62,220 bases of DNA from Macrostomum lignano (lineage: Eukaryota). A program made the translations under genes and the position numbers. The notes under the pieces are model-generated. The model ran no database searches and was not told where the DNA came from. It worked only from the letters and a program-made list of their open reading frames with translations. The DNA is taken from positions 1 through 62,220 of the forward strand of contig NIVC01002612.1 of NCBI GenBank assembly GCA_002269645.1, given 5' to 3'. Within the stretch, counting starts at the first letter, position 1, and the number at the start of each line of letters is the position of its first letter. Below are positions 45,622 through 59,935 of the stretch, piece after piece.

Positions 45622-48258
45622 ATGAACTCTTCACTTTTGAGAACATTTAAATCCAAGGCACGTAGCTTCCGCAGCAAGACTGCGGGATGCGTCGGTAGCG
45701 CCTTCTCGCTCGTAGACCAGAGAAGTCGATCGGACGGGCTGCCAATGCCTCGACTGCTGCCACATCGGCAGGCAGCGTCGGTAAAGCTACAGAACAGCGG
45801 CGATGCCGATAGTGCAGCAGATGGTCAAGCAGCTGCCGCTGCCGCTGCGGATTCCGCCTCGCCAGTTGATGCCGCAGCTGCTGCCGCTGCAGCTAACGCC
45901 GAAGCGGCCGATGTACAACTGGGCAATCTGGACTTGGACTCGGCCGACCTACTGGCTGGTGCCCGCACCGGACTGCGAGTGCCGCCGCACCTTGGCTGGG
46001 CCCAGCTGCTGCTGGCTCTGCTGGGACTCGCGCTGGCTGTTGCGACCGCCTGCTTGACTGGCGGCGGCGGAGGCCGCGAATTCAGTCTGCTCTCTGGCCC
46101 GCTCGGCATTGCGCTCTGGTGCTCCCTGTCTGTGAGCGATCGGGATGGGATGGCATTGTTTGTACTTTACTGTCGTAGCGTTCTGCCTCTGGATCACAGA
46201 TACTAAAAACTAGATGGGCCACTCAGGCTATATACATGTACTTTAGTGGAACAGCTTTCTACTTTCAGTTCAGTAGCAAAGAAGAATACATAAGCTATTT
46301 TATAAAGACAGCTGAAATGACTTTGATAAGTTTAGAAGCCCAAGCTTGCAGGCGTAAACAACTTGCTAATTGGTTCAGCAATAATGTACATTAGCCAGTC
46401 CACTGAAATGTACATGGCAGCTTTAGGCTGGAATTCCGAGAAAGGCAATAAAAATTGGGGCGGACGGGGGTTTAAGCTGCGGGGCGGGTAAGAGCCAATA
46501 ATTGAGCTTTGACTTTGAAAACACATTAAAATTCTTCTGTTTAACTACTGAACTGAAAGTAGCTTACACGCAAATTTGAAGAGTGGCCCATCTAGTTATT
46601 TTAGTATCTGTGCTCTGGATTAAGTCAATTGCTCCTATACTCAAACAGACTGCAAAAAGCTATATTATTACTGACCTCCCGCAGCTCTTCATGTGTGGCC
46701 TTCTGGCATTGTGTTACGCTAGGCAGCCTCTGCGCAAGCTGGTATAACCGAAATGCATTGTCTTGGGAATGGACAGTGGGCATGGATTACCATGGGTTAT
46801 CATGGACAGCTAGTGGGGATGAATTATCATGGATTATCATGGACAGTAGGCATGGATTATCATGAATTATCATGGACGGTGGGCATGGATTATTATGGAT
46901 TATCATGAATTCGAATCAGGAGACCAGCTCCACTTTCCTTCATCAGCTGACTGCGTACCGGGCGGCCACAGGGCTGAGCCTGCTGCTGCACTCGGTGGGC
47001 CTCCTGCCGCTGCCCGCCGACCCGGCGACCCAGCAGCTGCCGGTACAGCTGCGCACGGCGCAATCACTGGTGCTGGCCGCCAGTTGGTGCCTCCTGCTGG
47101 CCTGCGGCCTCTCCGACCTGTGCGTTGGCCGCAGCCTCTGCCAGGTCGCCGACCTCTTCGGCCGAGCCGTCTGCCGGCACCGACGGCCCACTGGGCGGCT
47201 GGCCGCCTCCTTCGGCGAAGTGAATCGATCTGCTTCGTCTGACCGGGTGAGTAAGTTCATGAGTGAGTTCATGAGTGAGTTCATGAGTGAGTTCATGAGT
47301 GAGTTCATGAGTGAGTTCATGAGTGAGTTCATGAGTGAGTTCATGATTGAAGTCATGAGTGAGTTCATGAGTGAGTTCATGAGTGAGTTAGTTCATGAGT
47401 GAGTTCATGAGTGAGTTCATGAGTGAGTTCATGAGTGAGTTCATGAGTGAGTTTATTATTGAAATCATGAGTGGGTTCATGAGTGAGTTCATGAGTGAGT
47501 TTATGATTGAAGTCATGAGTGGGTTCATGAGTGAGTGAGTTCATGAGTGAGTTCATGAGTGAGTTACTTCATGAGTGAGTTAGTTTATGAGTGAGTTCAT
47601 GAGTGAGTTCATGAGTGAGTTCATGAGTGGGTGAGTGAGTGAGTGAGTTCATGAGTGAGTTCATGAGTGAGTTCATGAGTGAGTTCATGAGTGAGTGAGT
47701 TCATGATTGAGTTCATGAGTGAGTTCATAAGTAATTTCATGAATTAGTTCACGAGTGAGTTCATGAGTGAGTTAGTTCGTGAGTGAGTGAGTGAGTGAGT
47801 GAGTTAATCAGTTACTTCATGAGTGAGTTCATGAGTGAGTTAGTTCGTGAGTGAGTGAGTGAGTGAGTGAGTGAGTTAATCAGTTACTTCATGAGTGAGT
47901 TCATGAGTGAGTTAGTTCGTGAGTGAGTTAGTTCGTGAGTGAGTTAGTTCGTGAGTGAGTTAGTTCGTGAGTGAGTGAGTGAGTGAGTGAGTGAGTTAAT
48001 CAGTTACTTCATGAGTGAGTTCATGAGTGAGTTAGTTCGTGAGTGAGTTAGTTCGTGAGTGAGTTAGTTCGTGAGTGAGTTAATCAGTTACTTCATGAGT
48101 GAGTTCATGAGTTTATGAGTGCTCTGAGTTCTAGTTCACAATTTTACTCCCGTCTCTGCCTTCATCAGCTCAGCGTCCCAGAGCTCAACGGCGGTTCGCA
48201 CTGCAACGTCAGCTTTCCTGTGGCATCCCAGAACAAGTTGGCGCAGGCTGCAAACTGA
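45622..48258 (+). CDS. Gene F: 3-exon, 299-aa multi-pass membrane protein (family not recognised)
   Basis: Exons 45622-46131, 46947-47246 and 48169-48258, all phase 0, donors GTGAGC/GTGAGT, acceptors ..ttcatcag, ending TGA. Hydrophobic segments GWAQLLLALLGLALAVATACL, LLSGPLGIALWCSLSL, ATGLSLLLHSVGLL, SLVLAASWCLLLACGL. The start codon is not certain. Confidence 0.7.
46195..46612. mobile_element. MITE family M1, intact copy with perfect 8-bp TSD (hAT-like)
   Basis: TIR CACAGATACTAAAA(AT)AACTAGATGGGCCACTC; TSD CTCTGGAT at 46187-46194 and 46613-46620; opposite orientation to the 1724 and 14164 copies. Confidence 0.93.
46780..46905. repeat. Degenerate (CATGGATTAT)n repeat
   Basis: Direct reading. 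Confidence 0.8.
47247..48120. repeat. 12-bp minisatellite (GAGTGAGTTCAT)n filling gene F intron 2
   Basis: Starts at the GTGAGT donor; interspersed (GAGT)n runs. Confidence 0.95.
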
Positions 48259-48904
48259 ACTGTTTAATACCATATTCATCTAAATATACGAGACGCGAAA
48301 AGATTAGCTGCTTTTATTTTCCAACTAACTCACATGCTCTTTTACGTCGAATTATCAAGTTTTAACCGCAAAGAGTTATGTACCTGTGCACGTGTGCTAT
48401 TATAAATTCCTTTTCAGGGTACTAAGTACAGATGGGTAATCTTTACTTCAAGTTTCTTCTTTTTTTTGGTCTTTAAAATCAAATATGAGTTTGCCCGCCC
48501 TACTGGATGATCGCGGATGTTCCGCTGCGAACAAAAGCTGGAGCAATATGAATCAAACATTCCTAATTTAAATTATTCCAGCAATATGCACATCAGCTAC
48601 TAGCTCGTAGATTACGAGTAGGCAAGGTGGCTTATAAATAAGACGATAATTACACCGAGACAACAGGTCTCCTCAGCTGATTAAAACGGGGAGCACCCCA
48701 TCTGCTTTCTGCTGTATTAAAGAAAGCAAAAAACACATAAAAAGATGATCAAGTCTTTAGCGGCTCAATACAGCACCAGCTTATTCCAAATCTCATTAGC
48801 GATAATGCAGGGACTTTTAAACCCATTGCCCCACCACTGCCTGCTTGCTGCGCGGTTTCACAAATTAAACAGGACATTTTCTCTCAGTTTAGAGAGTCAA
48901 AACG

Positions 48905-49445
48905 AACAAAACAAAACCGACATGACAGCACTGACCTAACAACACCGACATAACAAAAACGACATCACAACTCCGACACAACAACACCGACACAACACTG
49001 ACAAGACAACACCGACATGACAACACCGACCTAACAACAGTGACACAACGACACCGACATGACAAGGCCGACCTAACAACAGCGACACAACAAAACCGAC
49101 ACAACAACACCAACATGACAACACCTACCTAACAACAGCGACACAACAAAACCGACACAACAACACCAACATGACAACAGCGACACAACAAAACCGACAC
49201 AACAACACCAACATGACAACACCGACCTAACAACAGCGACACAACGACACCGACATGACAACACCAACACAACAACACCGACATGACAACACCGATACAA
49301 CAACACCGACATGACAACACCGATACAACAACATCGACATGACAACACCGACACAACAACACCAACATGACAACACCGACATGACAAAATAACATCACAA
49401 CAACGACACAACAACACCGACATGACAACACCGACACAACAACAA
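48905..49445. repeat. CAA-rich degenerate minisatellite (ACAACACCGACATG/ACAACACCGACAC)n
   Basis: Direct reading. Confidence 0.9.
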
Positions 49446-49454
49446 AATACGTTG

Positions 49455-49810
49455 TGAGCCAGCCATGCGAGTCAGAAGAGGCAAGTACAACGTCACAGGG
49501 CGCGTTTCAAGGCACCAGCACCCGTTGCGGCAGGGGGACTCAGCTCGGATGATCAGGCCTGCCAGCTGGAGTCCCCGACGGCGCAACAGTTCGCTGGGAT
49601 GGGACAGGCCGGTGCGGCGATAGAGTGCCGCATTGGTGACTCGCTCGTAGCCGATCTTGAAGGCGGCGCACTGCAGGCCAAAGTGCGCCGCATCGACCTG
49701 CTGTTTGAGCGAGTCCGTCAGTGTCCAGGTCTCAGGGGTCTCGATCACCGCCTGGAATAACGCCACCCTGGAACAACGCGGACCGGAAGGCCGTCCAGGC
49801 AAGTCCGCGG
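49455..49810 (-). mobile_element. Non-LTR retrotransposon (RTE-like) fragment, region C-terminal to RT
   Basis: LFQAVIE..ETWTLTDSLKQQVD..VTNAALY..SELLRRRGLQLAGLIIR matches the post-RT motif ETWTLT...TNxxLY...RRLxLAGHxxR of RTE-clade ORF2. Confidence 0.7.
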
Positions 49811-50384
49811 CGACGAAGTACTGACATTGCGGACCGATACAAGGCCGGCATAACGGCAAAACCTGAAACTCCTTCCGCTGCTCACAAGGTCACAAAATGA
49901 AGTTCAATACTGATATTTTGCTGAAAATAACTCACGGCAGTGCGTTGGCACAGAAAAATTTGAGCCAAATTATCTCGGGGGAGGCAATATTCGAATACTG
50001 AGAGGTATCGAAGCACAAAATCCTCATTGATGAAGCAAAACAGGCATTAAAAAGCATTGTAAAAGCCAGCTAAAATATTGAACATTCCTGGAAACCGGAG
50101 CCGAGCTGCATTTTAGTATCGATGCGAATTTGGCGTCCCCGGGACACCTGATCCCGAGGAGGTGGGGTTGGTGGGTTCGAGTCCCGGGCGAAAATAAGAT
50201 CTCTGTAACAAATTTACTCAAATGGGAGGCTTTTCCAAACATTTCCTAGAAATTCAATGGTCCCCAGCTCTAGTGTTACTGTAGCAGGGGTCTATCGGAT
50301 GGCTATAGATGGGAATTGAATCCCTCTCTCTTGGGGATATTTATCAAATAAGCCCCGCCCAAATGTCTAAAATCTCCAATATTC

Positions 50385-50600
50385 TTCTCGATGACGTCAT
50401 ACTTTTGTTATGTTATTATTTCTTTTTTTAAATGCATCAATTTAAAAAATCTCCAAATTTACAATGTCCAAATATTTTTCTTGATGACATCATACTTTTG
50501 TTATGTTATTCTTTATTTTGTTTAAATGCATTCGTTAGTTAAAAAACTATTGAAAAAACGGTTTTCTTTCTGGATGACGTCATACTTTTGTTATACTATT
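50385..50600. repeat. ~91-bp repeat x3 with ATGACGTCATACTTTTGTTAT core
   Basis: Cores at 50391, ~50484 and 50574. Confidence 0.8.
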
Positions 50601-51424
50601 TTTTGTTTTTTTTGAATGCCTTAACCAATTTTTTATATTTTTTAATATACTTTTTGTTGACGGATAACTTTTATTGTAATTTTTTGCAATACTAGTTCTA
50701 CTCTACAAACTTTGTTAAAATGCGAGAATTCAAAAACGTATTAAAAAAGAAAACTTGCTTAAATTGAATCGTTTGCCAAATTGCAGTCTCTTGCAGCCCG
50801 TGTTGCTACTAGAAATTCGGGTTATTTATTTATTTCATCAGCTTTCACGGGACTGGGCCGACAGAAAAAGTTTGAGAGCGGTTCGTTCTTCCTTCGCTGA
50901 CATGCAGAGAAAGTCTAAAGAAACAAAGAATTGCTTGGTGAGACAGGGCGGTGAACTGATAATATCGATATCGGACCTCTCCGTCTCTCAGTAGCTCACG
51001 GCACCCGATTCAGTCTCCGATGATGTCGCCCAGAGGCTGGATGCCCGCTCTGGAAAACAATAAAAAAGCGTACAGGGAGGTGTTGCTTTGGGGTGTTGAA
51101 AGTCAATTTTCTGCTATTTGCTTAAACGTTTCTCAAAGAATTAGCTTGAGTCACGAATGATTCCCAGATGGAACGCGCGGCCAGCCGCTTGTGTTTTTCA
51201 TCGGGTTCAAATTTTTCACACCGCAAATTTTCGTGATGCTAGTATAGCCAACCAGCTAATCAAATCAGATGACGATTTTAACGTATCTGTGCGTCTCGAT
51301 TCTGAATGAAATATTGTGCCCTGAAGTGCAAGTCCAGCATGGCTGTCCAATAGGTAAATAAACTGCTAGCTGTCAGCTCTGGGAATCCCGCAAACTAACA
51401 GTAGACTGCTGGACTGCTGGACTG

Positions 51425-51442
51425 CTGGACAGACAGACAGGC

Positions 51443-51487
<45 letters not shown>

Positions 51488-51800
51488 GGCAGACACTGAG
51501 ACAGGCAGACACTGAGACCGGCAGGCCCGGCAGTCAGCAGACACTGAGACAGTCAGGCCCGGCAGTCAGCAGACACTGAGACAGTCAGGCCCGGCAGTCA
51601 GCAGACACTGAGACAGTCAGGCCCGGCAGTCAGCAGACACTGAGACAGTCAGGCCCGGCAGTCAGCAGACACTGAGACAGTCAGGCCAGGCAGTCAGCAG
51701 ACACTGAGACAGTCAGGCCTGGCAGTCAGCAGACACTGAGACAGTCAGGCCCGGCAGTCAGCAGACACTGAGACAGTCAGGCTCGGCAGTCAGCAGACAC
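51425..51800. repeat. (GACA)n plus 32-bp minisatellite (CAGCAGACACTGAGACAGTCAGGCCCGGCAGT)n abutting the gene G exon 2 donor
   Basis: Period 32 (51541, 51573, ...). Confidence 0.93.
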
Positions 51801-51804
51801 TCAC

Positions 51805-53242
<1,438 letters not shown>

Positions 53243-54002
53243 TGCCGAGTCGCCTTTTGTGTGTGAGGAACTCCCGCCGCTGCAAGCGTCTGTAGTCTGC
53301 GAGAGTCGGAGCGGAACTGGTGCCGAATTGCGGCTGAGATTCGATTCAATTTGCGAAGCGAAGTTCGAATCGCCAGTCGAGCTGCGCCTTTTTGTCCGCT
53401 CCGGATTTGCTTGACAACCATTGGATTGGGGGGTGGGGGTGGGGCTTGCTCTTAGAATGGGAACAGACCAACCCTTCCAATGAGCTGGCAGAGTGCCTCA
53501 TTTGGGAATTGGTTGAGCCGTCAGTTGAGCCGAAAAAATTGGAAATACTTTAAAAGATTTGGATCATCAGTCTCCCGAAAATGTTCATAAAAATCAGGCA
53601 TAAAGAAGCCATTATGAACCAAAAATGATTTTCTAAGAAATCTTAACATCTGTTCTAAGGAAAGCAACCAATTATCGTGTGGATCGGAGCAATTTTTCCA
53701 GAAACAGAGCGGTTTTTTAGCAAATAAATCAAATTTATAATGAAATGAAACAATCTGCAATACACCTCGGGCCGTAGACATTAAATAGATATAATTAACA
53801 CAGATATAGATAAATTATGTCAGAATACAGGAAAGCGCTATACATAAGATTCTCAGATAAAGACAAGTCCTAATGTCGCGGGTATCGAATGCATTATGGG
53901 ACGTATGAATAGAGTAAGCAGTTGCTCAAACTCATCGAAAATCTCGAGTCAATATGAATTAAAGCAGTATCAACTCTTGAGAAAAAACTCTAAGAAAGTT
54001 AG

Positions 54003-54220
54003 CTATCCAGGGATGCTTGCTATCTGGGGTTGTTTGCTATCGGGTATCGGGGGATGCTTGCTATCTGGGGGATGCTTGCTATCTGGGGGATGCTTGCTGT
54101 CTGGGGGATGCTTGCTATCTGGGGGATGCTTGCTGTCTGGGGGATGCTTGCTATCTGGGGGATGCTTGCTATCTGGGGGATGCTTGCTTTCTGGGGGATG
54201 CTTGCTATCTGGGGGATGCT
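54003..54220. repeat. 18-bp minisatellite (GGGGGATGCTTGCTATCT)n, locus 1
   Basis: Direct reading; second locus at 59445-59935. Confidence 0.95.
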
Positions 54221-54499
54221 TTCGACTTGGGTGGAATGCCTATTATCTTTATGAAGGCTTTATTTTGTTGTGTACTTTTGTTGCTTTTAGAAAAAAGATA
54301 TTCATAGCAAACATCTTTGTCCATGACAATTTTACTCGAATAAGGTGATCTATAAAACCGAAGAAGTAATCAGTTCTCAAGAAAATGTGCTTTTAATGGA
54401 ATTGCATGGATAATTTTTGCTTCTTGCATTAGTTTGATAGTTCTCTAACTAAAAACTCAGAAAATAAGCGAAACTCGGGTCAATATCGGGTCCGGCCTC

Positions 54500-54690
54500 A
54501 CCTGAAGAGATTTATTTCCACGGGGCAGGGCAGTGGTTGAGAATGCCTTTGGGCAACTGAAATGTCGCTTCCCAATAATCAAGTACACGATTAAAGTCAG
54601 TCTGGATGGAGTTCCGACATTCTGCGATTCTCTATCGTCAACGCGAAGGGAATAACCTGTGTGCACTATCTGCAAAATGTGTTGCTCCCT
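54500..54690 (+). mobile_element. PIF/Harbinger transposase fragment
   Basis: RGRAVVENAFGQLKCRFPII matches the Harbinger DDE_Tnp_4 motif RxxVExAFGxLKxRFxxL; disrupted on both sides. Confidence 0.65.
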
Positions 54691-57064
54691 CATCCATCCA
54701 TTCGACGTTTCGGTTGCAGCTTCTTTACAGTCGATGGTGTGAGCTGCCAGCATTGACTTCCGCTTGAACGTGGAGAATCGGCGTTTCCGGAACCGTACGG
54801 TGGAGAGTCGGGGTCCAGATTGATCCCATCACGCCTGGCAGCCAGCAATCTTGTTGAATATAAAATTGTCTTCGCTCCCAAGATATCGCAGCATCTCTTC
54901 TTCCCATTTTTTAGTACGATCTTCTTGTTTCCGGTTTTTCTTCAGATTTTTTTTTCATAGAATTTCATGTCATTTTTAGACTTTCCTAGGGAAATCATTT
55001 TGGTACGCTAAAGACTGCTTGTTGCAACAATGAACAATTTTATACAAAAAGTGAAAAAAATATTTTTTTTGAAAACTCATGGACACCAATTTTTCACGAC
55101 AACAATGCCTGTTTTGAAATAATGATCATTGAACAGAACTGTAAAAACAGGACCCTAAATTCTTTGAAAACAGGCTGAATCAAACCACGACCCTAGCTGT
55201 ACGAGCCTTAACGTCATCATTGATAAAAAATTGCAAATATGTTTTGCACGAAGATGGCTCTAAATTTAGACTGCAGAATATCGATATAGGCCCCCAAAGT
55301 CTACACTTTTTTGGTGTTTTTACTCTGCGCTCTGAAAGGCAAATCTCGCATTCTGGCACGCGCAGAAGGACTCCGGAAATTTCTAGGAACTTGACTGACA
55401 GAGCAGCTTAGTCTGCTGGATAAAAGAATTCTTATCAATAGACATTTTCTTGTTGGCAAAAGATTGCATTTGTTTAATTCAAACAAATCGACATCATTCA
55501 AGGGCCGCAAGGTTGCCCTGGCGCGATTCTATTGACCAGATCCGATTCTCAAGGTAGTTAAGGTTTTAGGGTAGTTAATAGGCTGTTTAAAGATTGTTTA
55601 ACAGTTGCGTCCCTTTTGACGCCAATTTAGATTGGATGCAGTTTAACAAACGGAATTAAACTTCCTCTGAGCGCATTGAGGTGGCAGCAGTTTTGTTTTT
55701 ATAACTCTGACCTACAAAAACGATGCCAATTTAGGGCTCTACAATGGAACCCCGCACCAAACCTATACTGGAGTCAGAAACTGTGAGTCAGTAAATGCCG
55801 AGAGATTCCATCCCGATCTCCTCTTCGTTCGGGATCAGCAAGTCGGCTGAAAAAAGTGTATGTTAACTTTATACCTCTTTGTATGTCAAGAGGTAGGTGA
55901 CTCCTTGAGTAGGACTGCAGACTGTGCTAAAACTCTTGGGTTGCTATGCAGGACACAGTTTCAGTCAGGGGTAGAGAGGTGCACACCGCAATAATGACCA
56001 ACTTGATGACGTCCGAGCCAACAGTCAGAGCCAAGACGGCAACACTTCATGGACGAGCTGCAGCTGCAGCGGCATTTTCTAAGCAAGTTCACACTAACTT
56101 AGCTGCCTGACTAATCCGGAGGAGCCACCCGCAGGAGTCCTGGATAATCGTGTTCTCAGCATTTCGTTGCAGCAGTTATCGCCCGCACCGTTAAATCTTG
56201 ATAGCTGTATACTGTACGGCACCACAGCACGTCTGATGCACCAACATCAACTGTGTGGCTGATGATGTGCAGGAGGTTCAGGTCTCTAACAGCAGAGCAT
56301 GGGATAATCTCAACCAGCTCTCGGTTCCTTGCTTTAGGTTCCATTCCAGCGATCAAATTGGCATCCCCATTTGTTCTGCTAGCGAATTCAGGACCAGTTC
56401 CGGATACATTTTGCCTAATCTGCTCTAGATACCTCAGTAATATTATATTTCATCCAATGCCCTGACAAAAGGTCACATCCTATATACTAAAAATGAAATG
56501 TCTGTAACTAACTAGCTATGCGATAGATTTCAGAAAAAATGGCTCAACCGATTTTCTTCAAACTTGCACCATTCGATCAGAAATGTTCCTGGGACGGTAC
56601 ATGTATCTTGGCTAAGAAATTGCTCAATGTTAAAGGGATTAAATATTCGAAAAACATGCTTTTTTGCAAAGGTCAAGCCAAATTTTTGACTTGAAATGCA
56701 TTGTAAGAATGCTAGAGAAAAAACTGACTGGCTGAATTACGATTGTGATAAAGATTGCATCACAACAAGGTGAAAACAGTGCCACAGAAACGCACACAAG
56801 ACTTCATTGAAATTGCGTAACCATATTGCTAACTTGAATTGAGACTGATACTGGCTGACTGAGAAATTGATTATGTCATAACTTTTTACTCTAACCGACT
56901 TGCTATAAGTATTGAATTATAAGGGCCACAAGTCATGTTCTCGATTTGAAAAGAGATAGCCGGATGCAAACAGACTGGAATGCTAATGTAGCGACCTTGG
57001 TTCGAATCTTAGTGGTGAAAAATGTTTTTTTTATTAAAACACGTTAAAAAACACAAAATTCTCA

Positions 57065-59360
57065 ACATTAAAGAGCCACCATATCGAAACATTAAAGAGC
57101 CACCATTTCAAACATTAAAGAGCCACAATGTCAAACATTAAAGAGCCACCATGTCGAACATAAAAGAGCCACCATATCAAACATACAAGAGTTACCATGT
57201 CAAACATTAAAGAGCCACCATGTCGAACATTAAAGAGCCACAATGTCAAACATTAAAGAGCCACCATTTCAAACCTAAAAGAGCCACCATGTCGAACATT
57301 AAAAAGCCACCATGTCAAACATTAAAGAGCCACAATGGCAAACATTAAAGAGACACCATTTCAAACCTAAAAGAGTTACCATGTCAAACATTAAAGAGCC
57401 GCCAGGTCAAACATAAAACAGACACCATTAAGAACATTAAAGAGCCACCATGTCGAACATTAAAGAGCCACCATGTCAAACATAAAACAGCCACCATTTC
57501 GAAAATTAAAGAGCCACCATTTTAAACATTAAAGAGCCACCTTGTCAAATATTAAAGAGCCACAATGTCAAACATTAAAGAGCCACCTTATCAAACATTA
57601 AAGAGCCACCATGTCAAACATTAAAGAGCCACCATGTAAAACATTAAAGAGCCACCATGTCGAACATAAAAGAGGTACCATGTCAAACATTAAAGACCCA
57701 CCAGGTCAAACATGAAAGTGCCACCATGTCAAATATTAAAAAGCCACCATGTCAAACATTTAAGAGCCACCAGGTCAAACATGAAAGTGCCACCAGGTCA
57801 AACATATACATGACTCCATGTCAAACATTAAAGAGCCACCATGTCGAACATAAAAGGGCCACCATGTCAAATATTAAAGAGCCACCATGTCAAACATTAA
57901 AGAGCCACCAGGTCAAACATGAAAGTGCCACCATGTAAAACATTAAAGAGCCACCATGTCAAACATTAAAGAGCCACCAGGTCAAACATATACATGACTC
58001 CATGTCAAACATTAAAGAGCCACCATGTCGAACATAAAAGGGCCACCATGTCAAATATTAAAGAGCCACCATGTCAAACATTAAAGAGCCACCAGGTCAA
58101 ACATGAAAGTGCCACCATGTAAAACATTAAAGAGCCACCATGTCAAACATAAAATAGCCACCATATGAAACATATAGGTGACTCCATGTAAAACATTAAA
58201 GAGCTACCATACCAGACATATACATGAATCCATGTCAAACATATACGTGACTCCATGTTAGACATTTAAGAGCCACCATGTCGAACATTAAAGAGCCAAC
58301 GTGTTAAAAATACAAGAGCCACCAGGTCAAACATATATATGACTCCATGTCAAACATTAAAGAGCCACCATGTCGAACATAAAAGGGCCACCATGTCAAA
58401 TATTAAAGAGCCACCATGTCAAACATTTAAGAGCCACCATGTCAAACATATACATGACTCTATGTCAAACGTTAAAGAGACACCATGTCAAACATTACAG
58501 AGCCACCATGTCAAACATTTAAGAGCCACCAGGTCAAACATGAAAGTGCCACCATGTAAAACATTAAAGAGCCACCATGTCAAACATATACGTAACTCCA
58601 TGTCAAACATTGAAGAGACCCCATGTCAAACATTAAAGGAGCCACCACGTCGAACATAAAAGAGCCACCATGTAAAACATATACGTAACTCCATGTCAAA
58701 CATTGAAGCGACACCATGTCGAACATAAAAGAGCCACCATGTCGAACATAAAAGAGCCACCATGTCGAACATTAAAGAGCCACCATGTCGAACATAAAAG
58801 AGCTACCATGTCAAACATTAAAGAGCCACCATGTTAAACATAAAAGAGCCATCATGTCAAACATATAAGTGACTTTATGTCAAACATTAAAGAGCCACCA
58901 TGTCTAACATTAAAGAGCCACCATGTCCAACATTAAAGAGCCACCATGTCAAAAATTAAAGAGCCACCATGTCTATCATTAAAGAGCCATCATGTCAAAC
59001 ATTAAAGAGCTACTTTGTCTAACATTAAAGAGCCACCATGTCAAACATTAAAGAGCTACTTTGTCTAACATTAAAGAGCCACCATGTCAAACATTAAAGA
59101 GCCACCATGTCAAACATTAAAGAGCCACCATGTCAAACATAAAAGAGCCACCTTTTTGAACATTAAAAAGCCACTTTGTCAAACATAGAAGAGCCCCATG
59201 TCAAACATAGAAGAGCCCCCATGTCAAACATAGAAGAGCCCCCATGTCAAACATAGAAGAGCCACTATGTCAGACATTGAAAAGCCACCGTATCAAACAT
59301 AAAAGAGTTACCATGTACGAGCGTAGAACATAAAAGAGCCACCCTGTTAAACATAAAAAG
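57065..59360. repeat. 23-bp minisatellite (TAAAGAGCCACCATGTCAAACAT)n, ~2.3 kb
   Basis: Direct reading; a 23-aa cycle is visible in the ORF track. Confidence 0.96.
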
Positions 59361-59444
59361 ATACACAATTTCAAACGTAAAAGTAAGCGAATTTTAAAGG
59401 AGCCGCTATAATGCTAAGGAAATTGTCGCACTAGCTACTTATTG

Positions 59445-59935
59445 TCTGGTGGATGCTTGCTATTTGGGGATGCTATCTATCTTGGGGATGCTTGCTATCT
59501 GGGGATGCTTGCTATCTGGGGGATGCTTGCTATCTGGGGGATGCTTGCTATCTGGGGGATGCTTGCTATCTGGGGGATGCTTGCTATCTGGGGGATGCTT
59601 GCTATCTGGGGATGCTTGCTATCTGGGGGATGCTTGCTATCTGGGGGATGCTTGCTATCTGGGGGATGCTTGCTATCTGAGGGATGCTTGCTATCTGGGG
59701 GATGCTTGCTATCTGGGGGATGCTTGCTATCTGGGGGATGCTTGCTGTCTGGGGGATGCTTGCTATCTGGGGGATGCTTGCTATCTGAGGATGCTTGCTA
59801 TCTTGGGGATGCTTGCTATCTGGGGATGCTTGCAATCTGGGGGATGCTTGCTATCTGGGGGATGCTTGCCATCTTGGGGATGCTTGCTATCTAGGGGATG
59901 CTTGCTATCTGGGGGATGCTTGCAGTCTTGGGATG
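59445..59935. repeat. 18-bp minisatellite (GGGGGATGCTTGCTATCT)n, locus 2
   Basis: Direct reading. Confidence 0.95.

Noticed and set aside
54690-54910. Myb/SANT-like second ORF of a Harbinger element on the minus strand
   Set aside because: Only vague resemblance across broken frames; cannot be supported without an HMM search.
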